Below the pieces are notes generated by a model, which saw only the letters and a list, made by a program, of their open reading frames with translations, ran no database searches and had not been told where the DNA came from. The position numbers and the translations under genes are program-made. A stretch of 64,000 bases of DNA, taken from positions 21,305 to 85,304 of the forward strand of contig JBDRJV010000022.1 of the NCBI GenBank assembly GCA_043814605.1, given 5' to 3'. This stretch comes from Candidatus Omnitrophota bacterium. Lineage in GTDB: Bacteria; Omnitrophota; Gorgyraeia; B26-G9. Shown here piece by piece: positions 19,412-28,448 of this stretch; the stretch's first letter is position 1; the number at the start of each line of letters is the position of its first letter.

Positions 19412-20532
19412 TTTCTATTTACCGATAAAAAATTGCCTACTTTTTCAAAAAACCCAACTCTGACTAAATCATTATAAAATACAAATACCATTAAAAGAAT
19501 TAAAATCGAAAACCCCACGCGGCTAGCCATCTCCTGAAATTTCAAACTAATTGGCTTACCTTTAATTTTTTCAAAAAATAAAAATAACAAATGGCCGCCG
19601 TCAAGTACCGGCACAGGAAATAAATTAATAATCGCCAGGCTCACACTTAAAGCTCCCATAATCTGCATTAAGTAAACAAACCCTAACTTTGCGGCATCTC
19701 CGGTTATTTTAAAAATTGTCACTGGTCCGGCCAAAGAATCTTTTACAGACATTTTCCCCATAAGCATCCGGGATAACGCAAAATAAGTCATTTGGGTTAA
19801 TCCGACAACTTGTTTTGCTCCTAAACCAATTGCTTTGAAAAAACCGTATTTAACAATTTCTGTTTCATCTCCGGGGCTAATCCCGATTAAGCCGACTTTT
19901 ATCTGCTCCCCAAAAATATTATTAACTGCATCAACTTGGGGAACAACCTTTACCTGCAGGATTTCTTGCTTTCTTTCTACGGCTAAAACAATTTCTTCAC
20001 CGCTAATTTTTTCATGAATAACTGATGAAAGTTCATCCCAAAATTTTATTTTTTTTCCATCAATCGAAATAATTTTATCATCCATCTGCAAACCTGCTAA
20101 TTGCGCCGGATACCCTGCTTTAACTTCCCCTACAGTAGCCTTTAAACTAGGCGCTCCGATAAAAAACACAAGGCTGAATAATAAAAACGCAACGAGATAA
20201 TTAAACAATGGCCCGGCAATTACAATTGCCGCGCGTTCTCCCACTGATTTAGACAAAAATTCCCAAGCCTTGCCCGCTCTCTCTTCTTCCGGATTCTCTC
20301 CGGCAAGTTTCACATACCCGCCTAAAGGAATCAAAGAAATTTTATATTCCGTATCCCCATATTTCAGGCCTGCAAGTTTTTTGCCAAACCCTAAGGAAAA
20401 AGCTTCAACTTTTACCTTTAAAAATTTTGCTACAATAAAATGACCAAACTCATGCGCTAAGACTAAAACGCCTAAAACAAAAATAAATGCTATTGTGGAT
20501 AACAAAGTAACCGCGCCTCCCTTCTTGCCCAA
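19408..20532 (-). CDS. rseP: Site-2 protease RseP (M50 zinc metalloprotease with PDZ domain)
   Basis: HEFGHF zinc motif in the first TM, a central PDZ domain, and a C-terminal LDGG motif. Confidence 0.85.
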   Translation of the reverse strand: MGKKGGAVTLLSTIAFIFVLGVLVLAHEFGHFIVAKFLKVKVEAFSLGFGKKLAGLKYGDTEYKISLIPLGGYVKLAGENPEEERAGKAWEFLSKSVGERAAIVIAGPLFNYLVAFLLFSLVFFIGAPSLKATVGEVKAGYPAQLAGLQMDDKIISIDGKKIKFWDELSSVIHEKISGEEIVLAVERKQEILQVKVVPQVDAVNNIFGEQIKVGLIGISPGDETEIVKYGFFKAIGLGAKQVVGLTQMTYFALSRMLMGKMSVKDSLAGPVTIFKITGDAAKLGFVYLMQIMGALSVSLAIINLFPVPVLDGGHLLFLFFEKIKGKPISLKFQEMASRVGFSILILLMVFVFYNDLVRVGFFEKVGNFLSVNRK

Positions 20533-21647
20533 TCATCAAATGAGAAAATTTCATTAAGGCTGGGATGCTTCACTGCCTTATGTTTTTTTAGTACCTGCTT
20601 AATTGTGTTATGAATATCCCTAAATTCTATTTTCTTATCCAAAAAAGCATTTACCGCAACTTCATTTGCTGCGTTCATAACTGCACCCAAACTCCCCATC
20701 TGACTTGCTGCAACCTCCCGGGCTATTCCCAAACAAGGGAATTTTTTCACATCCGGTCGGTAAAAAGTAAAACTTTTTAGTTTAAAAAAATCAAGCAGTT
20801 TTAATTTATTGCTGATGCGTTTTGGATAATCCAAAGCATACTGAATTGGTAAACGCATATCGGTTATGCCCAATTGTGCTAAAACTGCTCCGTCACAATA
20901 TTCAACCATAGAATGAATCACCGCCTCCGGATGGATCAGAATTTCAATTTTATCTGCCGGAATATTAAAAAGCCAGCGTGCTTCAATCAACTCTAAACCT
21001 TTATTCATTAAAGTTGCGGAATCTATGGTGATTTTCTTTCCCATTTTCCACTTAGGATGTTTTAAAGCCATATTTAAGTTGACAGATTTTAGTTGTTTTT
21101 TTGTAAATTTTCGAAACGGGCCACCGGAACCAGTAAGATAAATTTTATTCACCGACTTAATTTCTTCGTTTTTTAAACACTGAAAAATCGCATTATGCTC
21201 AGAATCAACCGGAATAATTTCCGCTTTGCTATTCTCGATTCTTTGCCTGAAAAATTCACCGGCCATAACTAATGGTTCTTTATTGGCTAAAGCAATCCGC
21301 TTGCCTTGTTCAATCGCTGCCAGCGCCGGCCTTAAACTGACTGTGCCTGAGGTTGCCACAACCAAGGTTTGAACCTGATTAGCAGTGGCAATTTTTATCA
21401 GGCCAGTATCTTGCGTGTAAACTTTTATGCCTTTTAAATCTGTAATATTAGCGAGTTCTTTAATTGCAGCTGTATCTTTAACGCTAACTATTTCAGGACA
21501 AAACTTTTTAATTTGAGCTGAGAGTAATTTCATATTGCGATATGCACTCAAGCCAATGACTTTATACTCTTTCGGCCTGTTTTGGATTACCCGCAAAGTA
21601 TTTGTTCCGATTGAACCGGTTGAACCCAGGATTGCAATTTTTTTCAT
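20490..21647 (-). CDS. dxr: 1-deoxy-D-xylulose 5-phosphate reductoisomerase
   Basis: N-terminal ILGSTGSIG NADPH motif. 385 aa. It sits in the canonical dxr-rseP context. Confidence 0.9.
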   Translation of the reverse strand: MKKIAILGSTGSIGTNTLRVIQNRPKEYKVIGLSAYRNMKLLSAQIKKFCPEIVSVKDTAAIKELANITDLKGIKVYTQDTGLIKIATANQVQTLVVATSGTVSLRPALAAIEQGKRIALANKEPLVMAGEFFRQRIENSKAEIIPVDSEHNAIFQCLKNEEIKSVNKIYLTGSGGPFRKFTKKQLKSVNLNMALKHPKWKMGKKITIDSATLMNKGLELIEARWLFNIPADKIEILIHPEAVIHSMVEYCDGAVLAQLGITDMRLPIQYALDYPKRISNKLKLLDFFKLKSFTFYRPDVKKFPCLGIAREVAASQMGSLGAVMNAANEVAVNAFLDKKIEFRDIHNTIKQVLKKHKAVKHPSLNEIFSFDDWARREARLLCYPQ

Positions 21648-21663
21648 ATTTTTTTTAATTACG

Positions 21664-22494
21664 CTATATTAGAAACGGCACCAAATTAAAATAAATCACA
21701 TAAAAATAAAATATGGGGCTAACAAAAATTATACTATCAATAATATCTAAAACTCCTCCTAATCCGGGTAAATAATCACCGCTGTCTTTAACCCCGCAAT
21801 CCCGTTTTATCAATGATTCACAAAGATCTCCTATCTGGGCTAAAAACCCGATCAGCACTCCCATTGCCAACAAATGAACCAAGGGAATAAACGGTAAATA
21901 TAACTTACTCACCGCGGCTGCTGCCAAACTAAATAATAGCCCGCCCAAAGCCCCTTCTAATGTTTTTTTTGGGCTAATGCGGGTTATTAATAATTTTTTG
22001 CCAAAACCTGTACCAATAATATATGCCCCGATATCTCCCATTTTTGTCACAAAAAGCAAAAATGCCGCCAAAAGCGTTCCGTAGGGCATGAATCTGATTT
22101 TTATTAAAAAAGAAAAAAACCAGCTCACATAAAATATTCCAAAAAAAGTTGTAGAAATTCCCACAATTGCCTGCGAACTATCTTTACGGATAAACTGCAG
22201 CATAAAAAATATCAGGGTTGTTGTGACAATAAAAAATAATTCCCAGCCTTTTGTCGGCTCAAATTTAAAATAAATACTCAAAGGGATTAAAATACCCAAA
22301 AAAATCCCAAAATACTTATAAATAAAAATTCCTTTTTTTTCAATTAATCCGTAAAACTCAAACAACCCGATACCAATTAAAAAAACCACAACTGCCGTAA
22401 AAAACCATTGCGGCATAAAAAATATACCTAAGAAAACTGACAAGATCACTAAACTTGTGGTAATAACTCGAACTTTTATTGTTGTATCCGCCAT
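21664..22494 (-). CDS. cdsA: Phosphatidate cytidylyltransferase
   Basis: Polytopic membrane protein. The C-terminus carries the CDS signature region (SLIKRDCGVKDSGDYLPGLGGVLD). I moved the start to the internal Met MADTTIKV to avoid overlapping uppS. The ORF track extends to 22590. Confidence 0.75.
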   Translation of the reverse strand: MADTTIKVRVITTSLVILSVFLGIFFMPQWFFTAVVVFLIGIGLFEFYGLIEKKGIFIYKYFGIFLGILIPLSIYFKFEPTKGWELFFIVTTTLIFFMLQFIRKDSSQAIVGISTTFFGIFYVSWFFSFLIKIRFMPYGTLLAAFLLFVTKMGDIGAYIIGTGFGKKLLITRISPKKTLEGALGGLLFSLAAAAVSKLYLPFIPLVHLLAMGVLIGFLAQIGDLCESLIKRDCGVKDSGDYLPGLGGVLDIIDSIIFVSPIFYFYVIYFNLVPFLI

Positions 22495-22525
22495 TTTCCT
22501 TTTCTTATCCTTTTTCCTGGGTGTA

Positions 22526-23260
22526 TTATTTTTTGTTTTTAGCCAGTGATTCGATTGCGCCAAACCGGCGATTTCTTTTTTGATAAACACTAATTGCTTT
22601 TTTTAATTCTTCTTTATCAAATTCCGGCCATAATTTATCGGTGATATAAAATTCACTGTAGGAAAGCTGCCAAAGCAGGAAATTGCTTAATCTCATTTCT
22701 CCGCTGGTTCTAATCAAAAGATCCGGGTCAGGGATTTGAGCTGTATATAAATACTGGGCAAAAATATTTTCCGTCACTTTTTCACTCAGAATTTTTCCTT
22801 GCTTAATATCCTGAGCCAAAGCCACTGCGGCATCTTTTATTTCTGTACGCGCTCCATAATTTAAAGCCAGGACTAAACTTAAACCTGTATTATTTTTTGT
22901 TTCATTTTTAGCCTGCGCAATAACAACCTGGGCTTTTTTCGGCAGTTTACTAATATCCCCGATTGTTAATAATCTTGCGTTATTTTCTTTCAGTTCTTTA
23001 ATTTCCTTATTTAAAATGAAACTCAAAAGATGCATAAGAAAATTTATTTCTTTTGTCGGCCTTTTCCAGTTTTCTGTAGAAAAAGTGTAAAGAGTTAGAA
23101 ACTTCACTCCCAGTTTATCACAAGTTCGCACAATTTCTTTAACCACTTCTGCTCCGCGTTTATGCCCGGCGATACGCGGCAATCTGCGTTTTTTTGCCCA
23201 ACGCCCGTTACCATCCATGATAATAGCAATATGCTCAGGAACTTGTAGTGACTTGCTCAT
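22526..23260 (-). CDS. uppS: Di-trans,poly-cis-undecaprenyl-diphosphate synthase
   Basis: HIAIIMDGNGRWA and the other cis-prenyltransferase motifs. I placed the start at MSKSL. The upstream 15 codons in the track read through an intergenic repeat element. Confidence 0.85.
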   Translation of the reverse strand: MSKSLQVPEHIAIIMDGNGRWAKKRRLPRIAGHKRGAEVVKEIVRTCDKLGVKFLTLYTFSTENWKRPTKEINFLMHLLSFILNKEIKELKENNARLLTIGDISKLPKKAQVVIAQAKNETKNNTGLSLVLALNYGARTEIKDAAVALAQDIKQGKILSEKVTENIFAQYLYTAQIPDPDLLIRTSGEMRLSNFLLWQLSYSEFYITDKLWPEFDKEELKKAISVYQKRNRRFGAIESLAKNKK

Positions 23261-23293
23261 CTCAATCCATCCAAAAAGTAACGAGTAGAGAGA

Positions 23294-23452
23294 AGCAAGT
23301 AGCAAGAGAAACTACGAGCTAGATTACAAATATTAAAGTTTAGATAAAAACATAGAATTTTAAAATTCTTCATTTTTATTTTTAATTTCCACTTGTACTC
23401 GCCACTTTATTTAAGTATCTATTTTTTCTTGCTACTCGCTACTTTATTTAGC
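23294..23452. repeat. Intergenic element with imperfect roughly 17-bp terminal inverted repeats (AGCAAGTAGCAAGAGAAA ... TTTCTTGCTACTCGCT) and an internal 20-bp direct repeat (TACTCGCCACTTTATTTAAG / TACTCGCTACTTTATTTAGC)
   Basis: Read directly from the sequence between uppS and the GH57 gene. The interior is AT-rich. Confidence 0.35.
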
Positions 23453-25028
23453 TATGGAACCTGTAATCAATGTCCGGAAATATATTATTTTTAAATTCAA
23501 TTTTACCCAGCCAAGCTTGATTTATATTGTTCCCCTTAATTTGATGGTATAATTTCGTAAAATTCAAGATATGCTCTTTGGTTCTTTCCACTGCATAAGA
23601 AACATGCGTACCCGTTTTTATAATAAACGCCCAGTCTGAACTTTGCGCGAGTAATAATTCTCGCAATGACTGATTTAGAGCATTTTTCCTTAATCCATCC
23701 GCTTCCGGATAAAGTTTGACCAATTCACACATCCGATCCGAAGCTTTATGCAAATGGCGGTAAATCCAATCATTCGAGCCTTCCAGCCAAAACTCAGAAT
23801 ACCCTTTCCATCCCCAGCTTGACATTGACGGAGTAATCACTTGATTTTTAGGATATTTTTCTAAATACTGTGAAGGCGTAATCATTTTAATTATGTTTTG
23901 GTCATAAGCAATTTTACGCATTAAAAAATTTATCCAATCCGGCCCTTCATACCACCAATGTCCGAATAATTCTGCATCGTAAGGAGAAATAATTATCGGA
24001 TTTCTTTTCGTAATACTTTGAATATATTCGACTTGCTTTTGCCGATTAAACATAAAATTTCCCGCATGAGAAGCTGCTGTATCCATAGCTGCCTCCGGAT
24101 TATAAGGCTGTTTATCGTCTGTTCTGCCGGTTATCCGATAATACTTTATCCCGGTATTTGTTCTAATCCCATCCGGATGGATATACGGTTTAATATAATC
24201 AAAATCCAAATCAAAACCAATATCCCGGTAAAATTCACGATAATTATAATCTCCGGGATAACCCTGTACTGCACTCCAAACCTGCTTTGAAGATTCCAGG
24301 TCACGGCCAAAACAAGCCACACCGCTTTTACAATAAACCGGGGCAAAAACCCCGTACTTAGGCCTGGGCGTACCGTGTAAAATCCCGTGTGTATCTGTAA
24401 AAAAATAACGCAGCCCATTTTCTTTTAAAATCTGATCATCGCCCGGATTATACCCGCATTCTGGCAGCCAGATTCCCTTCGGCTGCCGGCCAAAAACACG
24501 TTTATATTGATCCACTGCAGTTTTTACTTGCGCCCGGACCGAAGCCTTGCACACATCCATCAGCGGAAAAAATCCGTGTGTTGCCCCGCAAGTCATAATT
24601 TCTAACTTACCTGTATCCTGAATTCTTTTAAATGCTTGGACAATATTTTTTTTATTTTGCTCAACAAAACAATACCGTGCTAAATTAAAGTTACTTAAAT
24701 ACATTAAAGCCAGCCGATTAAATTCTGGCTGCCAACGTGTTCTTTCTACTTCTCTTGAGGCTAATTCTATTAATTTTTCAATATGACGCGTATAGCGGTC
24801 CTGCAACAATGGATCCATAAGCATTGAAATTAAAGTCGGTGAAAGTCCGATTGTAATCCGGAAATCAACATTATCTTTAATTAGCCGCTCAAAAATAGTC
24901 AATAACGGAATATATGTTTCTGTAATTGCTTCATATAACCAATCTTCTTCTAAAAAATTCTCATGCTCTGGGTGCCGCACAAAGGGTAAATGACCGTGTA
25001 AAACAAAACAAAGATATCCTTTTTCCAT
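23448..25028 (-). CDS. Glycoside hydrolase family 57 protein, 1,4-alpha-glucan branching-enzyme-like
   Basis: The N-terminus GYLCFVLHGHLPFVRHPE is the GH57 signature. 526 aa. Confidence 0.8.
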   Translation of the reverse strand: MEKGYLCFVLHGHLPFVRHPEHENFLEEDWLYEAITETYIPLLTIFERLIKDNVDFRITIGLSPTLISMLMDPLLQDRYTRHIEKLIELASREVERTRWQPEFNRLALMYLSNFNLARYCFVEQNKKNIVQAFKRIQDTGKLEIMTCGATHGFFPLMDVCKASVRAQVKTAVDQYKRVFGRQPKGIWLPECGYNPGDDQILKENGLRYFFTDTHGILHGTPRPKYGVFAPVYCKSGVACFGRDLESSKQVWSAVQGYPGDYNYREFYRDIGFDLDFDYIKPYIHPDGIRTNTGIKYYRITGRTDDKQPYNPEAAMDTAASHAGNFMFNRQKQVEYIQSITKRNPIIISPYDAELFGHWWYEGPDWINFLMRKIAYDQNIIKMITPSQYLEKYPKNQVITPSMSSWGWKGYSEFWLEGSNDWIYRHLHKASDRMCELVKLYPEADGLRKNALNQSLRELLLAQSSDWAFIIKTGTHVSYAVERTKEHILNFTKLYHQIKGNNINQAWLGKIEFKNNIFPDIDYRFHS

Positions 25029-25174
25029 ATTTAGAAATTCTCCATTACGTAAATACCAATAAAAACATTAGTTAGGAACAATAAAAGATAATTTCATTAT
25101 AAAAATAATGTAGATATTTTAACACGCCCTTATTTATAATTCAAGTTATTTCCTGCTGTTCTTTTTTGAAATTC

Positions 25175-25207
25175 ACAAAAAAACCGGAATATAATTTTAT
25201 ATATTCC
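25175..25207 (-). terminator. Rho-independent terminator ending the parA-CBM48 operon
   Basis: Perfect 10-bp stem CCGGAATATA / TATATTCCGG with a 4-nt loop. On the transcribed (minus) strand it is immediately followed by a U7-8 tract. It lies about 65 nt 3' of the 25274 stop codon. Confidence 0.65.
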
Positions 25208-25273
25208 GGCACAGAATCATTTTTTTAAATCCCGCTAAATTTAGATTATCCCCAACCTAAATTTAGTTTTAAA

Positions 25274-26704
25274 TTAATTCGTTTTTTTCTTAACAACTGG
25301 GGTAATTTCTCTTGTATCTACACCATCTTCAGAAACTGCTTTAACCGGAATTACTTGCTGGCCATCCGGCAAAGCAAACCTTAAACTAAAAGTTCCATCT
25401 TTATTTAAAGCAATCGGGTTTCCTTGTACAGTTACTTTTGCGTCTGGTTCTGTTGCTCCATAAACAATCAATTCTGTATTAACTTTAAGCCAAAATTTAC
25501 GTTTTTGCGCTTTTTTCCCGGCTCCGGGCGAAGATAATATTCCGGAAGAAATATCGCTCATTCTTTGAATAATCTGTCTTCTGATATCCGCAGAACTAAG
25601 CCCAATTCCCAGGCCTGCGGATAATCCGTAAAGCTTATTAAAATCCTCCTCTACAATCATCCATTCCTCATCCGTAACCCAGCTAGAGCCATCAATCGGA
25701 GTTGAGACACAATTAGAACGGGCTAATAAAACAAACCTGCCGTCTTTTAAACAAAACCCAATATCTACACAAAAACTGCGTCCGGGATTTGCGGTATTTA
25801 TATACCAGTTATTGGCAAAATTATTAATATCAATATCCCAAAAATTGTTTGCATTCGAACCGCTAAAATTCACACTGGTAATATCATAAACTCTTAATAT
25901 GCGCCGGGCATCTTCCAAAGCCCCGTTAAATTCCTGATAAACAGTATTCAGTTTTGCCTGTGTAATTTCCCAATAAGCGTGCAGCCAATAAGGATCTCTG
26001 ACCTGAATAATAATGCGGTTATCCCCGTAGCCTAAGGGTAATTCTGCAAACTCTTTTTCCCCCACTACATTTTCTACCGGCACAGGGCTGACAAAAAATT
26101 TGCTTTCTTCAATAATCTGCTCTTGTGCTAAATTCTGCATTAAAGCTGGTTCTTTTTTATTTTTGCTAGTAAACAAATATTTTAGTTCACTGATCGGCCC
26201 TAAACGGGTTGATTTATCTTTTTCTTTTGTTTGCCTGTTCTGATTTTTTTTAACCAGCTTAATTTTGGAATTTTCTGCTGTTTGGATGTTTTTTGTTTTT
26301 TTTGCTTCTGTTTTTTTTGAATTTGCCATCTTCATCACCTCTGTTTTCCGGGCAGCTTGACGGGAAATAATTTTTTGCCAGGTACTCGCTTTATCCGTAT
26401 TTTTTCTTACTGTTTTTTTAGGCTGAGAAACAGTTTTTTTTCTCTCAATTTTTTTTATCTTAACCCTAGGCTCTGATTTTATCTTTTGTATCGTTACTTT
26501 TTTTAGCTTAGGTTTTTCCCGTTTTCTTTCTGTTTTAACTGCTTTTTTCGCTGCTTTACCTTTAACCGCGCTTTGAGTTTGAAAAGATGGCTTTACTGTA
26601 TTTTTAACTTTTAAATTTTTCTCTTTGAATTTGGATTTAATTATCTTTTTCTGATCAGCTATTTTTTTCGTCTTACTATTTATAACTGCTTTTTTTTTAA
26701 TCAT
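25274..26704 (-). CDS. Lysine-rich protein with a conserved C-terminal domain that resembles DUF4912
   Basis: The first roughly 190 aa are low-complexity K-rich (KKxxK repeats). The C-terminus contains LPLGYGDNRIIIQVRDPYWLHAYWEI, which I recall as the core of DUF4912. That is recall, not a search result. Confidence 0.45.
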   Translation of the reverse strand: MIKKKAVINSKTKKIADQKKIIKSKFKEKNLKVKNTVKPSFQTQSAVKGKAAKKAVKTERKREKPKLKKVTIQKIKSEPRVKIKKIERKKTVSQPKKTVRKNTDKASTWQKIISRQAARKTEVMKMANSKKTEAKKTKNIQTAENSKIKLVKKNQNRQTKEKDKSTRLGPISELKYLFTSKNKKEPALMQNLAQEQIIEESKFFVSPVPVENVVGEKEFAELPLGYGDNRIIIQVRDPYWLHAYWEITQAKLNTVYQEFNGALEDARRILRVYDITSVNFSGSNANNFWDIDINNFANNWYINTANPGRSFCVDIGFCLKDGRFVLLARSNCVSTPIDGSSWVTDEEWMIVEEDFNKLYGLSAGLGIGLSSADIRRQIIQRMSDISSGILSSPGAGKKAQKRKFWLKVNTELIVYGATEPDAKVTVQGNPIALNKDGTFSLRFALPDGQQVIPVKAVSEDGVDTREITPVVKKKTN

Positions 26705-26815
26705 TTTAATTCTTTTTTTTCCTAAAAATTAGATAAATTTTGCATTATAAATACTCTGTTGTAGAATTTAAAAGTACTACATAAATACATAAATGTCAAG
26801 AAGATAATTAGTTGA

Positions 26816-27667
26816 TCATGCCTCGGCCTGGTCCGGGGGCCGGCAAATCAAACTCAGCATCCTTTTATCCGTATTTTCCCGTCGGTAAGAGTAAAAAATG
26901 CCGGAATTGCATTTAGTGCACAACTTTAAATCGAAAATATTTTTTTCTCTGACGCCAAATGTTTTCATTTGTACTGTATTCGCCTGAATTAAATCAAGAT
27001 ATATTCTCCGGGTTTTTTTATTTTCTCTAATAAAATCCGGGAATATTTTTTTAAATTCAAAACCGACCTCATAACAGCAATCCCTGATTCCCGGGCCAAA
27101 ACATGTCTTGATCTGAGCCGGATCAGACTGGAATTGTTTCTGCATTTTTTCCAACAAGTTACGTACAATTGCCTGTTTTGTCCCCCGCCATCCGGCATGA
27201 GCAATGCCAATAGCTTTTTTCCCGGGATCCCAGAAGATTATCGGTAGGCAATCTGCTGTTAATAAACACAATGCCCTGCCTTTATTTTGCGTAATCGCCC
27301 CATCTGCTCCGGATATACTTTCGGCAAAACTTACAATTCCTGCATTCTGTTTAGAGCTGTTAATTTTAGCCACTTTATTTTTATGCACTTGCTCTAAGAA
27401 AACTGCTTTTTTAAAATCAATCCCTAAATCTGTAAACATTCTTTGCCGTGCACTGATTATTCTTGTGCGCGCGGTTTTATTTTCACCCGCCCTCAAATCA
27501 TAATTAAAATTCTTTAAACTAAACGCGATAATAATTCTTTCTGATTGCTTTTGCTCAAATTGGGGGGAAAATATTAGATAATTCTTTGTAAATTTTATAT
27601 TTTTAAAAACTGGCAATAATATTTTTTTGCGCATGATTTTCTTAAATTTGAATAAAAATAAAGGCAA
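26816..27667 (-). CDS. pgeF: YfiH/PgeF family protein (laccase-domain / purine nucleoside phosphorylase, DUF152)
   Basis: Contains the conserved HAGWRG motif (IAHAGWRGT) and the Cys/His residues of the Cu-oxidase_4 fold. Confidence 0.8.
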   Translation of the reverse strand: MPLFLFKFKKIMRKKILLPVFKNIKFTKNYLIFSPQFEQKQSERIIIAFSLKNFNYDLRAGENKTARTRIISARQRMFTDLGIDFKKAVFLEQVHKNKVAKINSSKQNAGIVSFAESISGADGAITQNKGRALCLLTADCLPIIFWDPGKKAIGIAHAGWRGTKQAIVRNLLEKMQKQFQSDPAQIKTCFGPGIRDCCYEVGFEFKKIFPDFIRENKKTRRIYLDLIQANTVQMKTFGVREKNIFDLKLCTKCNSGIFYSYRRENTDKRMLSLICRPPDQAEA

Positions 27668-27680
27668 GGGCTTACCGATA

Positions 27681-28415
27681 TCAATCTGCTATTTTTTCTA
27701 ATTTATGAGTTTTATTAAAATCCATAAACTCCGCTATTTCCTCAGGTGTTAGATTTATATCATCTAAACTCAGTGCTTCTTTTTTCTGTATATTTTCGCT
27801 GCTGGTTCTTTTTTGCAAAACCGGAGAGACTATGGCTGGTTTAAATTTTTTTGTTATTTTTTTCTCAGCCGGAATCTCGCCCGGGCTGGATAAGGTTTCG
27901 TCTTGTTCTATTTCTATTGTTTTGTGCAATGTTACTGCGGATAATTGTCCCTGCTGTTTATTATCAAATATTTTCTCAAAAATTACTCCTTCAATATCCT
28001 GGTTAACTACATATTTTACTTCAATAAGTTTAATATCATTCAGCTCTAACTGTTTTGCTGCCGATTGAATTTTTTTTGAAAAACAATCACATACCAAAAT
28101 AATTTCTGCGGCACGGTTAAAATCAATATTTTCATTAAAAAACAATCTTTTAATCAAAGTTTCATTGTCTTTTAACCATTGCAACTGGCTTAAAGTGCCC
28201 TCTAAAATTCCCTCATTTGCACTCTCAATATCAAAGTTAACCACCACCAGCCGGCCGGTATCATCAATGCCTAAAAAATCCATGAATCCGTTTTCCTGCG
28301 TACCCAATTCCAAATCAATAAAACTTAAGCCCGGGCTTAAAGCCTCCGGATTTTTTAGAATAATTTCTTTTAATTTTTTTCTCGGGATTTTTTGTTTTTG
28401 AAATACTCTCTCCAT
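27681..28415 (-). CDS. Hypothetical protein. The N-terminal segment has a weak resemblance to the DUF91/NucS-type PD-(D/E)XK fold, and the C-terminus is acidic or charged.
   Basis: GFMDFLGIDDTGRLVVVNFDIE resembles the G.iDll..D.dG.lvviE.K core but lacks the E.K. The similarity is weak. This is the third gene of the operon. Confidence 0.3.
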   Translation of the reverse strand: MERVFQKQKIPRKKLKEIILKNPEALSPGLSFIDLELGTQENGFMDFLGIDDTGRLVVVNFDIESANEGILEGTLSQLQWLKDNETLIKRLFFNENIDFNRAAEIILVCDCFSKKIQSAAKQLELNDIKLIEVKYVVNQDIEGVIFEKIFDNKQQGQLSAVTLHKTIEIEQDETLSSPGEIPAEKKITKKFKPAIVSPVLQKRTSSENIQKKEALSLDDINLTPEEIAEFMDFNKTHKLEKIAD

Positions 28416-28448
28416 TTTTTTATTTCCTCAAATTACTTTTTTCTTAAA

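Noticed and set aside
24018-24418. Overlapping 90-aa ORFs on both strands inside the GH57 gene
   Set aside because: They are shadow ORFs of a well-supported GH57 coding frame.
25274-25850. Lysine-rich low-complexity stretch considered as a possible repeat or IS remnant
   Set aside because: It is in frame and continuous with a conserved C-terminal domain. It is a protein low-complexity region, not a DNA repeat.
26989-27503. ORFs 26989..27210 (-) and 27204..27503 (+) inside yfiH/pgeF
   Set aside because: They are alternative-frame or antisense shadows. The yfiH frame carries the conserved HAGWRG motif.
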